From positions 1 through 64,000 of the forward strand of contig CAVTHK010000012.1 of NCBI GenBank assembly GCA_963734495.1: a stretch of DNA of 64,000 nucleotides. The letters are read 5' to 3'. A program made the position numbers and the translations under genes. Each line of letters begins with the position of its first letter. Within the stretch, counting starts at the first letter, position 1. The stretch is from an uncultured Spirochaetota bacterium. GTDB lineage: Bacteria > Spirochaetota > Spirochaetia > SZUA-6 > CAVTHK01. Under the pieces are notes generated by a model. The model saw only the letters and a program-made list of their open reading frames with translations. It searched no databases and was not told the DNA's origin. Of this stretch, positions 31,346-40,412 are shown one piece after another.

Positions 31346-31681
31346 GTGAACGCCAAACGCCGCGTATGGTGGGCCAAGCATGGGGACGCGCTGAAGCGTG
31401 AGGTGATGGCCGTCTACGGCAAGGGTCGGTGCGCGCTGTGTGGGGAGACGAGGCTCGAGCTGCTGACCCTGGATCACAGGCGCGGAGATGGCAGAGAATT
31501 CCGTCTGCTCGTCAAACCGCGGCACCCCGAGCGGGCGGCTGGGTTCTGGTCCTATGAGTGGCTCAGGAAGCGAGACTACCCACTGAACCTCGGCATACGC
31601 GTGCTGTGCCGGTCGTGCCACCAGGCAGTCGACTCAGCCAAGCGTGCGAGAACGAAGAAGCGGAGGCGGAAGGCAGCTTGA
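31346..31681 (+). CDS. HNH-like zinc-binding protein
   Basis: CALCG...LTLDHRRGDG...VLCRSCH. Confidence 0.65.
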   Translation: MNAKRRVWWAKHGDALKREVMAVYGKGRCALCGETRLELLTLDHRRGDGREFRLLVKPRHPERAAGFWSYEWLRKRDYPLNLGIRVLCRSCHQAVDSAKRARTKKRRRKAA

Positions 31682-31928
31682 GTGGATAGGTGGCCCGTGT
31701 CCGAGTCCAGGATACCCACCTACCCCACCCCTTACATTCGTTCCGGAACCCTCATGCATCACCGTCACCCCAGCCTCATGTTTCTGCAGGCAGTAACGAT
31801 ATAAGCTTGTCTACGCGGGAACGGCCCCTGTCAGATAGGTCGAGGCCCGAGGAAACTCGTCTACGGCGCGTCACGAAGGTGGGTCCCTGTGTCCACGACC
31901 CTCGGGACGAAGCGCGGGACGCTGAATG

Positions 31929-32492
31929 CTACTTCAGCCCCAGCTTCGCTTGGAGGTCGGCGTCGAACTGCTCAGCTGCTCTCTTGTACGGCATGTTAGC
32001 AGACCAAAGGAGTAACAAGCCAACGACCGACACTGCCGCACTGATTCCCATCGTGGCGTTTGTGTCGGTCCGGAGCTTCTCGATCCCGGGTGCTTCCTCG
32101 TCGGTGCCAGTAACTACCAGCCCATTTCCGATCTCCCCGAAGAGACGGATCATAAGCGCCCCCGTTAGCACGGCGAACGCGCCCAGTCCCACCATGGTGC
32201 CCACGATGGTCACGGCCGAGCCGGTGCGGTAGCTGGCGCTCGCTTCGGCACCGTCAGATTCAAATAGCTCCGACATCCGTCCAGTCGGATACACCTCACC
32301 ACGCGACCCCTGCTGGTAGCCGCCCTGGACCTTGGTGACCTTCAGCTCGTCGTACAACCGCTGTGCTTTCTCGCGAGAAGCTGGCGGTTCCTCGGGCGGC
32401 AATTGTGGTGGAGGGCCAACGCTCTGGCAGGAAGCTACAAGAACCGACACCGCGACCACACAGATGCCAAGACCCCGCAGCCGAGATTCCAT
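31929..32492 (-). CDS. Hypothetical membrane lipoprotein
   Basis: Lipobox LVASC, two hydrophobic segments, AGGAGG RBS. Confidence 0.7.
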   Translation of the reverse strand: MESRLRGLGICVVAVSVLVASCQSVGPPPQLPPEEPPASREKAQRLYDELKVTKVQGGYQQGSRGEVYPTGRMSELFESDGAEASASYRTGSAVTIVGTMVGLGAFAVLTGALMIRLFGEIGNGLVVTGTDEEAPGIEKLRTDTNATMGISAAVSVVGLLLLWSANMPYKRAAEQFDADLQAKLGLK

Positions 32493-32842
32493 CGCGAACC
32501 TCCTGTCGAAGCTGGCTATCTCTCCCGCTCTCGCTCACCTCTGGCGAGGGCACTATCGCCAAGACCAATTATAGGCGAATGCCGTGCAGAAATCGAACAC
32601 GCCTCCAAACGCGCGTCGCGGTCCCACGGACGGGTCCGGGGGTCCTCGGGGGTGCCGAGGGACGGTGGGGACCCCGGAGACCGGCGGGGAGTGCCGCCGC
32701 GCGTAAGCGGCGGGGTCCCACGACGTTAGCGAACCTCGGGCGTGCGATCACAGCGTCGACGTCGTCATAAGACCGAAAAGTGGAGCCATCCACGGCACCT
32801 CAATGGCAAACAGGCTCCCGCCGCTTCGTGTATGATGGGGTA

Positions 32843-34291
32843 ATGCGAGTTGGCCTATCCCTGACACTAAAGCAATTCGGTGTCTTCGTCGACTCAATTC
32901 CGCTCTTCTTCAAATCGCCGCGCAGGTACCTGGAAAAAGTTAGCTCCGAATCGCTTGGGCAGAATGCGCTGCGGAACGGGCTCTACGTGGCTGCGCTCGT
33001 CTTCCTGACGTTCGGTCTACTGGCAGTCAAGTTCAAGAAGATCGGGCAATTCTCGCTGCTTCAGATAGGCGGGTACGGCCTGCTTCAGTTTCTTGTGGAC
33101 TTGCTTGCTCTGCCGGGCATCTACTTGGCAGCTCGCCTTTCTGGAGCCACCAGAGCGGCATTTGTCGCAACCAACTACATCGTCTTTCAACGTTCGATCA
33201 CGTTCGCGTTACCCGCCGTCATGTTGCTCTTGTTCTATGTCACCGAGATGTACTTGCTGTATTTCTGCGCCGCGCTGCTGATCCTGGCATTCCTTGTCTA
33301 TTACATCGGGGCCTTTCCGTTGGCCATTGCTGCCTCTCCCAAGCTACTGCGACGTCCGATGACAAGGCGCACAAAGATGATGCGCATCTTGATCTCGTTA
33401 GGCTTGTCGGCGCTCTGGTATGTCGTAACAACGGGACTCGCAGGCGGTCTGATCTATGCCGGGCAGCGCCTATCGCCGGACCCGAGGGCCTGGGTGGAAT
33501 GGAGCCCACTCTACGATCCGATAGCGGAAGAAGTGTTCACGTCGTTGCTCCCCCGATATCAGAATCTACTGGCCTGTTCGCGCGAGATTCTTGACATCAC
33601 CAGGGCTATGCACGAAGCCCTTGGGTCCGAGGGAGTAACTGGATCGAAGGGTCGGCCTGAGCTTCTGGTAGAGATACGGCTCCGTGTGGCGAGTGCAAAG
33701 GAAAGGACGCACGCGTTACTGCAAGACGACATAGCGTCAGAACCGCCTCATTTCCAGTGGACGGCCAAGTTGTCGAGCGCGATCAATACTTCCTCGGGCC
33801 ACCTTGCGGCGTCGTTGGAACAGTTGGACGAGTACCTGCGTAACAACGCTGATCGGATCATTCGGATTTGGACTCTCTTCCGAGAGCTTGACCGACTGGT
33901 CGAGGAGCAGGAGCAAACGAGACGTGATCTAGCCGCGGTCGTCGAACGTGCCAAGGTCGCCATCGCTGCTGGCACTGCCACGACTCCGCAGGAAGCTGCC
34001 GAGATCAGAGCAAAGGGCGATGGGTTAGCTACTAAGCTCAAGCAAGTGAATGCAGAGGGCGCGGCAACGGTATCGGCGTTGAAAGCGGAAGCCGGACCGA
34101 ACGCAACCCCGGCAGACAAGGTGCGAGAGTCCCTCGACCAATTCCCGCAAGCATGGTCCGCATCAGCCAAAGCGTTCGATGAGGCGTCAGCGGCGTCCGC
34201 GATGGTTGACTCCTATGTGAGGCTTGCCAATTGGCTGCTCACGTATGTGCCCTTCTACATCTATCGAACCGACCTACCAGAGGGAGAATAA
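32843..34291 (+). CDS. Hypothetical multi-TM protein with C-terminal coiled coil
   Basis: Long ORF with lower GC; about 6 TM segments then a helical domain; TATGAT-6nt-ATG. Confidence 0.7.
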   Translation: MRVGLSLTLKQFGVFVDSIPLFFKSPRRYLEKVSSESLGQNALRNGLYVAALVFLTFGLLAVKFKKIGQFSLLQIGGYGLLQFLVDLLALPGIYLAARLSGATRAAFVATNYIVFQRSITFALPAVMLLLFYVTEMYLLYFCAALLILAFLVYYIGAFPLAIAASPKLLRRPMTRRTKMMRILISLGLSALWYVVTTGLAGGLIYAGQRLSPDPRAWVEWSPLYDPIAEEVFTSLLPRYQNLLACSREILDITRAMHEALGSEGVTGSKGRPELLVEIRLRVASAKERTHALLQDDIASEPPHFQWTAKLSSAINTSSGHLAASLEQLDEYLRNNADRIIRIWTLFRELDRLVEEQEQTRRDLAAVVERAKVAIAAGTATTPQEAAEIRAKGDGLATKLKQVNAEGAATVSALKAEAGPNATPADKVRESLDQFPQAWSASAKAFDEASAASAMVDSYVRLANWLLTYVPFYIYRTDLPEGE

Positions 34292-34474
34292 CCACCCTTG
34301 AGTCCGGAATCGCAGGCATCGCCATCAAACCTGCCCCTCTCTCCGCTGCGTAGTAGGACGTTTCTACACACAGTAACAGTTTCTCCCCTGCTCTCCGCGA
34401 CGTCGGACTGATCCGGGTTCTCAGAAAGCAGCGGGCGCCCGCACGTCGCGCAGGCGACAGTCCCGTAGACCCCT

Positions 34475-34693
34475 TTACATTCTTGCAGCCCGGCGCCTCC
34501 CGCTCTGGTCGCCATGGTCATTCGGGCTCGTGCCCCCGCACTTCGCGTCTATGTACTCGCGGATTCGAGCGCGGGCGGCCTCCTTGGTGCGCTCGCCCGT
34601 CGACAGTCTCCTGCGCCGGCCGCCCTCGACGACCTCGAACACGTAGTGCGGCTTGCCCGGCTTCAGGTACGGCTCCGGATAGAGCTTCTTCAT
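34475..34693 (-). pseudogene. N-terminal (arm-binding-like) fragment of a tyrosine integrase
   Basis: YVFEVVEGGRRRRLSTGERTKEAARAR next to att; no catalytic domain follows. Confidence 0.5.
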
Positions 34694-34722
34694 ACCCTCA
34701 CTCCCCCCGTCCAGCCCGGAAG

Positions 34723-34744
34723 CTGCGGACCCGCTGCGGACCCG
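34723..34744. repeat. Tandem 11-mer, putative arm-binding sites
   Basis: CTGCGGACCCG x2 about 70 bp inside the tRNA-side att. Confidence 0.7.
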
Positions 34745-34817
34745 AGGTCCCCCAATGCAGAAAGCCTCGGGGTCTCCGAGGCTTTCCAAATCCCGCCCGT
34801 GACGGGCTTTCCGCTTG

Positions 34818-34890
34818 CTCCCCCGGCCGGACTCGAACCAGCGACCTAGTGGTTAACAGCCACCCGCTCTACCAACTGAGCTACAGGGGA
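34818..34890 (-). tRNA. tRNA-Asn (GTT)
   Basis: TCCCCTGTAGCTCAGTTGGTAGAGCGGGTGGCTGTTAACCACTAGGTCGCTGGTTCGAGTCCGGCCGGGGGAG; CCA not encoded. Confidence 0.97.
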
Positions 34891-35029
34891 ATGTTTCGGG
34901 AAACGTAGCGCGGCCGGCGCGGCCTGTCAATAGGCTGTGCCGGCGGAATCCCGGCAGTGGCCCGGGAGGGCAGGGGAGACCGCCTGGGACGGCGACGGAG
35001 CGCTGCGGCCTGAGGCGGCCGCGGCCAGT

Positions 35030-35412
35030 CCGGCGGCGGAAGCCTTCAAGTTTGAGTCTGTGCGGCACGATTGCGTCATTTCGCGAGCCCCGGCGAGCTC
35101 AGATTCCACCTCGGAGAGCCGCCGTGCGGCGGCGAGCAGTAGCGACGAACGCGAACATACCAGTGCGGGTCGTGGCCCTGCCGGCAGTTGGAGGGCTGGT
35201 GGTCTGGGGCGTGCGTCTCGGCCGGGCGCCGCGACGGCGCGGCGACCACCGGATCACCTTGGCCGACGGCAAGGGACGATGTGGAGGCTCTACTCCGACG
35301 AGCGGACCCCCAAGGCGGGCGGCCCGACGAAAACGACTACAGCGATGTCCTGCTCATCCTGCGGGCTCAGCCCGACAACTCTCGGAAGAAGTGCCAGCCC
35401 GGCCCGGAGTAG
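35030..35412 (+). pseudogene. Eroded copy of the SnoaL/DUF4440 gene with its upstream region
   Basis: Colinear matches to 37170-37740 with internal deletions (e.g. CTCTACTCCGACGAGCGGACCCCCAAGGC). Confidence 0.75.
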
Positions 35413-35568
35413 GAAGAACGGAAGATGGCCCCCGCGCCGCGCCTCTCCCGTCCCCGGCGCCGGCCCGCGGGCGTCGACGGGCGGCGTGGCGCGGTTGTGA
35501 GCGCCGCCGCCGCCGGTGTATGATGCGCTGCCGAACCTCACCGCAGGACCCGCCACGGAGCGCAGCGA

Positions 35569-37092
35569 ATGCCGCCGATCTTTCTCCTGGTCGCGTTACT
35601 GCTCGTCGTCGTAAACGCTTTCCTCGCGATGGCCGAATACTCCCTGGTGCGCATCCGAGCCAGCCGCCTCGAGGAGCTGGTGCGGCAGGGAAAGCCCACG
35701 GCCCGGCTCATCCGCTACGCCGTGGAGCACCTCGACGGGTACATGTCCGCGGTGCAGGTCGGCATCACGATGACGTCGCTGGGTCTCGGGTGGATCGGCG
35801 AGCCCTCGGTCGCGAGCCTCATCCAGCGCGCGCTTCCCCTGCTGGGGCCGGCAGGGACCACGGCCCTGGCCTACTCGCTGTCCTTTACCGCTGCGTTCCT
35901 CCTGATCACCGCCGTGCACATCGTCTTCGGCGAGCTCGTCCCCAAGCTCATCGCGATCGCAAGCCCCGAACGCGCGGCCGCGTTTACGATCTACCCGATG
36001 ACCGCCTTCTACTTTGTGAATTTCCTTCCCATGCAGGTGCTGCGCTCCACGGCGAACCTCGTGCTGCGCCTGGGGCGGATCCGCACCTCCCGGGGCAGCC
36101 GCGAGGGCGAGGTGCACTCGGAAAACGAGATCAAGATCCTGCTGGAGCAACGAGAAGAAGAAGGAGCCCTCTCCCTTCAGCGCCTCCTGATGTTCGAGAA
36201 CCTGTTCGACTTCGGCAGGACGCGCGTGCGCGAAGTCATGGCCCCCCGCGGCTCGATCGCCTACCTGTCGCGCGCCCGGGCCTGGGAGGACAACGTCGTG
36301 GTCATGCTGCAGCGCAAGGCCTCCCGGTATCCCGTCTGCCGCGACGACCTGGACTCGGTCGAGGGCTACGTGCACATCAAGGACGTCGCCTTCGCGGTCA
36401 TGGCCGGCGAAGGGCCGCCCGACCTCCGCGCGCTCAAGCGGCCCGTCCTGCGCGTGCCCGACGGCACGCCCCTGGAGGAGGCGTTGCGCAGGCTGCAGCA
36501 GAGCCGCACGAACATGGCCGTGGTGGTGAATCGCCACAGGAAAGTCGTGGGCCTCCTGTCGATGGAGGACCTCATCGAGGAGATCATCGGGGAGATCCGG
36601 GACGAGTTCGAGCGGGTCCCCGACATCCGGCTGCCGGTGGCCTTTGTCCCCGAAGCCTGCGAGCTCGAGCTGGACGCCCGCGAGCTCCTGGAGATCCTGC
36701 GGTTGGGAGTCCAGCGGCTCCACTCGGCCCGGCCGATCTTTGACGCGGAGGACGCCCTGGAGCAGGTCTACACGAGGGAGAAGGGCTTGAGCTCCGCGCT
36801 CGGCCACGAGACGGCCTTTCCCCACGCGCGCATCGAGAGCCTGTCGAAGTCGCTCTACACCATGCTGCGCGTGCGCGAACCGATCGACCTCGCGGCGCCC
36901 GATGCGAGGCCCGTGCGGCTCTTCTTTCTCATCCTCACGCCGTACTCCGAGCCCGCGGCACAGCTTCGCCTGCTGTCGCAGCTCGCCCGCCTCGTGCTCA
37001 ACGTCTCGCTGCGGGAGCGGCTGCTGCAGGCGGAGCAGCCGAGCGAAGTCCTCGAGGTCATCCAGGCGTTCGAGACCACCATCCCCCTGTAG
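35569..37092 (+). CDS. CNNM/hemolysin-family CBS protein fused to a PTS EIIA-like domain
   Basis: AEYSLV, QVGIT..SLGLGWIGEP, GELVPK, CBS pair, GEIRDEF; C-terminal REKGLSSALG..TAFPHAR. Confidence 0.85.
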   Translation: MPPIFLLVALLLVVVNAFLAMAEYSLVRIRASRLEELVRQGKPTARLIRYAVEHLDGYMSAVQVGITMTSLGLGWIGEPSVASLIQRALPLLGPAGTTALAYSLSFTAAFLLITAVHIVFGELVPKLIAIASPERAAAFTIYPMTAFYFVNFLPMQVLRSTANLVLRLGRIRTSRGSREGEVHSENEIKILLEQREEEGALSLQRLLMFENLFDFGRTRVREVMAPRGSIAYLSRARAWEDNVVVMLQRKASRYPVCRDDLDSVEGYVHIKDVAFAVMAGEGPPDLRALKRPVLRVPDGTPLEEALRRLQQSRTNMAVVVNRHRKVVGLLSMEDLIEEIIGEIRDEFERVPDIRLPVAFVPEACELELDARELLEILRLGVQRLHSARPIFDAEDALEQVYTREKGLSSALGHETAFPHARIESLSKSLYTMLRVREPIDLAAPDARPVRLFFLILTPYSEPAAQLRLLSQLARLVLNVSLRERLLQAEQPSEVLEVIQAFETTIPL

Positions 37093-37286
37093 GCCACACC
37101 GCACCGCGGGCGGCGGGCAGAGCCGGCCAGGCCCGCACGGACCGGCCCGCCGGCGGCGGCAGCGGACGGACCGGCGGCGGGAGCCTTCAATTTTGGTCTG
37201 GATGGCACGATCGTGCCATTTCGCGGGTCCCTTTGCACGCTCAGGCTTCCCCTCGGAAAGCCGCCGGACGGCGGCGAGGAGGAGCG

Positions 37287-37778
37287 ATGAACGCGAAGGT
37301 ACCCGTGTGGCTCGTGGTCGTGCTGGCGCTGGCGGGGCTGGCGGTCTGGGCGTGCGTCTCGGCGGGGCCCCGCGACGAGGCAGCGCAGGTCGAGGGCATC
37401 GCGAAGGGCTTCCAGGAGCGGGCCGCCGCGGTCAACCGGCAGGACATCGACGCGCTGAACGACTTCTGGTGCGACGACGGGATCAACCTGGCCGACGGCA
37501 AAGCGCCCGTCACGGGCAAGGACGCGCTGGTCGCGCAGGCCAAGGCGAACTGGGCGGTCACCACCATGTCCAACCGGGTGCACAACCTCAAGGAAATCCG
37601 GGTCTTCAGCGACGACTGGGCCATGATGTGGGGCCTCTACTCGGACGAGCGGACTCCCAAGGCCGGCGGCCCGACGAAGAAGTTCTACGGCAAGGTGTTG
37701 CTCATCCTCAAGCGGCAGCCCGACGGATCCTGGAAGAAGTACATCGACATCGCCAACGACGACGCGCCTCCCAAGTAA
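37287..37778 (+). CDS. Secreted SnoaL/NTF2-like (DUF4440) protein
   Basis: Signal peptide; GKVLLILKRQPDGSWK; AGGAGG RBS. Confidence 0.8.
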   Translation: MNAKVPVWLVVVLALAGLAVWACVSAGPRDEAAQVEGIAKGFQERAAAVNRQDIDALNDFWCDDGINLADGKAPVTGKDALVAQAKANWAVTTMSNRVHNLKEIRVFSDDWAMMWGLYSDERTPKAGGPTKKFYGKVLLILKRQPDGSWKKYIDIANDDAPPK

Positions 37779-37882
37779 TAGAAGAAGGCTGCCGCCCGGC
37801 GCTTACCTCACTACGGGCAGGTCCGCCGCCGCAGGTGGGCTGCGCGCCGGCCCGCCCGTTGCCCGTCAGGGAAGGGGAAGCG

Positions 37883-38587
37883 ATGCCAGCGCGAATTACC
37901 CTCGAGGTCGTTGGCTTGCGGACGGAGATCGATCGGCCCATGCCGCGGGCCCGGCTGGGCGAGCGCGGCCTGTTGGCAGTCGAGGCGCTCGTCCTGGTTG
38001 CGCTCGCAGCCGGAGCGGTCGCGGGCAGCCTGGCCCCCGTGGCGCTCCCCACCTCCATCGTGGCTCGCAAGGCGGGAGTCGAGCTGCGGTATCCCGCCGG
38101 GTGGGGTCCCGCCTGGACGGCCTGGGTGGGCGTCTTCGTCAGCGAAAAAGCGGACCGACGGGGCGAGGCAAGCAGGCGTGAGCCATGCAGTGCCTTCGTC
38201 ATGCGCATGTCTTTCGAGGATTTCGCGGAGCTCCACCATCTCGCAACGCGGCGCTCGCTGGGCCGAAGCTGGCACGACCACGAAGCAGCACTGCTGTCGA
38301 CTGTGGCGGCCCGTTTTCGCATGGACGCGCGACGAGCGCTTGTGTCAGTTGAACGCGTGCGGATCGGAAGCCGGCAGGCCACCATGTTGGCGTCGCGCTG
38401 CGGCGACAAGTGGATGGCTTTGGCCGTTGCGCCCGCGGACGATCTGGTTATCGCCGGCATGTGCGCTCCGACGGCGAAGGACCTGAAACGCGTCTGGAAG
38501 GAATGGATGGCCATGCTCGCCGCCGCAAGGCTGATCGAACCCGGCGGCGGCACGGCCGACCCCGCGACTGTGCCCTGCTCCGACTGA
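37883..38587 (+). CDS. Hypothetical exported protein
   Basis: ORF with hydrophobic N-terminal segment and LRYPAGW; start uncertain. Confidence 0.5.
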   Translation: MPARITLEVVGLRTEIDRPMPRARLGERGLLAVEALVLVALAAGAVAGSLAPVALPTSIVARKAGVELRYPAGWGPAWTAWVGVFVSEKADRRGEASRREPCSAFVMRMSFEDFAELHHLATRRSLGRSWHDHEAALLSTVAARFRMDARRALVSVERVRIGSRQATMLASRCGDKWMALAVAPADDLVIAGMCAPTAKDLKRVWKEWMAMLAAARLIEPGGGTADPATVPCSD

Positions 38588-38742
38588 GGGCCCCGGCGAC
38601 GCGGTTCGCTGGCCGGGTTCACCACGCGCAGTCAGGTCATTTCGGGGGCCGAGTCGGGCGCTTCTCGCGGCGACGATGCACGCGGGCCCTCCCGCATCAG
38701 TATCGCGCGATCGTGCCATCTCTGGGGCAATTTTCACGCCGA

Positions 38743-38888
38743 GCCTCCACTCGGACGAGCGGACCCCCAAGGCCGGCGGCCCGACGGAAGAGTTCTACGG
38801 CAAGGTGCTGCTCATCCTGAAGCGGCAGCCCGACGGATCCTGGAAGAAGTACATCGACATCGCCAACGACGACGCGCCGCCCAAGTAG
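38743..38888 (+). repeat. Duplicate of the last 146 bp of the DUF4440 gene
   Basis: 9 mismatches versus 37633-37778 by hand alignment. Confidence 0.9.
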
Positions 38889-39290
38889 AGTAAAGTTGAA
38901 GGTCGCCGCGCGGCGCCCCGCCCCGCACCTGCGCCGGGGCAGCCGCACGGCAGCGCTGTTCGTGCTCGCGGCCGATTGTGGCGGAAACGCCGCTATCCAG
39001 TGTCAAGGGAAACGTCCCCGTTCGAGTGGGTCGGGTGAACACGACCGCGAAGACTTGCACAGGCTTCGTGCCTCTAGAACGCAGGGCGCTTCGTTTGAAC
39101 GGGGCCGCCGCTGTCGGCTCGCCAATCCCGTCCCGTGTCGCTGTTGCGGCGGGCCACCGGGCCGGGGCGACGCATGGGCAAGGCAAGCCGAGCTACCCGG
39201 GCGGGCCGTGGTGCTTAACCGAGATGCCGTTTGTCGATCGTTTGTCTGGGATTCCCCACCGTAGTAAGATAAGCCGAGGCTGAGACTATC

Positions 39291-39515
39291 ATGGACTACC
39301 ATGACCGGATCCAGGTCGATCCTAACGTGATGCTTGGCAAGCCTACCATCAAGGGCACGCGCATCACAGTTGAGTTGATACTGAGGAAGATGTCAGAGGG
39401 CGCTGACGTAGGCGATATACTCGAGGGCTACCCACACCTGCGGCGCGAGGACGTCTTGGCGGCTCTATCTTACGGCGCCGACGTCGTCTCCCACGAGGAA
39501 GTCATTGCCGGTTGA
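39291..39515 (+). CDS. DUF433 antitoxin-like protein
   Basis: DPNVMLGKPTIKGTRITVE...YPHL..EDV.AAL.Y. Confidence 0.9.
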   Translation: MDYHDRIQVDPNVMLGKPTIKGTRITVELILRKMSEGADVGDILEGYPHLRREDVLAALSYGADVVSHEEVIAG

Positions 39516-39861
39516 TCTGCTTGCCGACGAAGGGGTCGACGCGCGCCTGATACGTTCCCTTCGCCAGGGCGGGCTGTCCGTTCGTTCCGTGCGAGAGGAA
39601 AGCCCCGGTATTTCGGATCGTGACGTCCTCGCCCGAGCGCGAGGGATCAACTGCGTGTTGGTCACGGAAGACAGCGACTTCGGAGAGTGGATCTTTGCCC
39701 ATGGGGAGCCATCGGTGGGGATCGTGTTCCTGCGCTACCGCCCGTCCGAGTTGGATCGAGTCTCGCGTATCGTCCTGGAGCTCGTCACGGCCCACGGCGA
39801 AGGACTCTACCGTAAGTTCACAACGGTAACGGCGCGCAAGACCCGGATGAGAGGAATCTAG
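39505..39861 (+). CDS. DUF5615 PIN-like toxin
   Basis: LLADEGV, GISDRDVL, LVTEDSDFGE. Confidence 0.85.
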   Translation: MPVDLLADEGVDARLIRSLRQGGLSVRSVREESPGISDRDVLARARGINCVLVTEDSDFGEWIFAHGEPSVGIVFLRYRPSELDRVSRIVLELVTAHGEGLYRKFTTVTARKTRMRGI

Positions 39862-39928
39862 CTGCGCGGCCAACTGGGAACGCGCACGACGACACGAACG
39901 GCTGGAGTGGATTCCGGGACTGGAGTAG
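39862..39928 (+). pseudogene. 3' remnant of a DUF4160-like gene
   Basis: Encodes ANWERARRHERLEWIPGLE-stop just before DUF2442. Confidence 0.55.
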
Positions 39929-39933
39929 AAGAG

Positions 39934-40194
39934 ATGGCAAAAGACATTCTTCGTATTCTGCGGGCCAGGCCGGTCGGCGATCACCTTCTGGAGCTCGAAT
40001 TCAGCGACGGCGTGCGCAAGACTGTTGACTTAACCACACTGCTGACGGGGTCGGTATTCCAGCCGCTAAAGGACCCTCAATACTTCGCTCGAGTGGTGGT
40101 CGATCCTATCTGCGGCACTGTTGTCTGGCCGAACGGCGCAGATCTGGCACCGGAGGCGCTGCACGATCTGGCCGCTATTGAGGATGTCGCGTGA
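39934..40194 (+). CDS. DUF2442 protein
   Basis: LELEFSDG...GSVFQPLKD...TVVWPNGADLAPE. Confidence 0.85.
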   Translation: MAKDILRILRARPVGDHLLELEFSDGVRKTVDLTTLLTGSVFQPLKDPQYFARVVVDPICGTVVWPNGADLAPEALHDLAAIEDVA

Positions 40195-40412
40195 GCACTG
40201 GTACCGGGGTCCACCTTGCGCGGAAGGCGTTGCAGGCTGCTGCCGGCCGCAAGAAGGTGACGTTGGAGGAATACGTCAGGTCACTGAGACTCCGGCCCCC
40301 GAGCTCGGCTCGCGGATAGCGTCGGCCCTGCAACAGAAGTCTGTGCGGCGCGAACGCGCACGCAGCCGGGCCGTCAGGAAGCAGACACTTATCCGCCGGA
40401 AAGGCGCTGAAC

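Larger units (their letters stand above)
30976..34859. mobile_element. Small integrative element at tRNA-Asn
   Basis: Bounded by a perfect 43-bp direct repeat of the tRNA 3' half. Confidence 0.85.

Noticed and set aside
34261-34521. Small CxxC protein inside the tRNA island
   Set aside because: Short, overlaps neighbouring ORFs, and shows no recognisable family or clear RBS
37633-38888. DGR template/variable repeat pair
   Set aside because: The mismatches are not confined to adenines on either strand, most are synonymous or conservative, and no reverse transcriptase is present in the window
9495-40194. Integron cassette array explaining the TA cluster
   Set aside because: No IntI gene, mixed gene orientations, and no recurring attC-like sites recognised by eye
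40191-40319. C-terminal AbiEi fragment complementary to 16975-17365
   Set aside because: Only a vague 42-aa resemblance (GVHLARKAL...RKKVT); cannot be supported without a search
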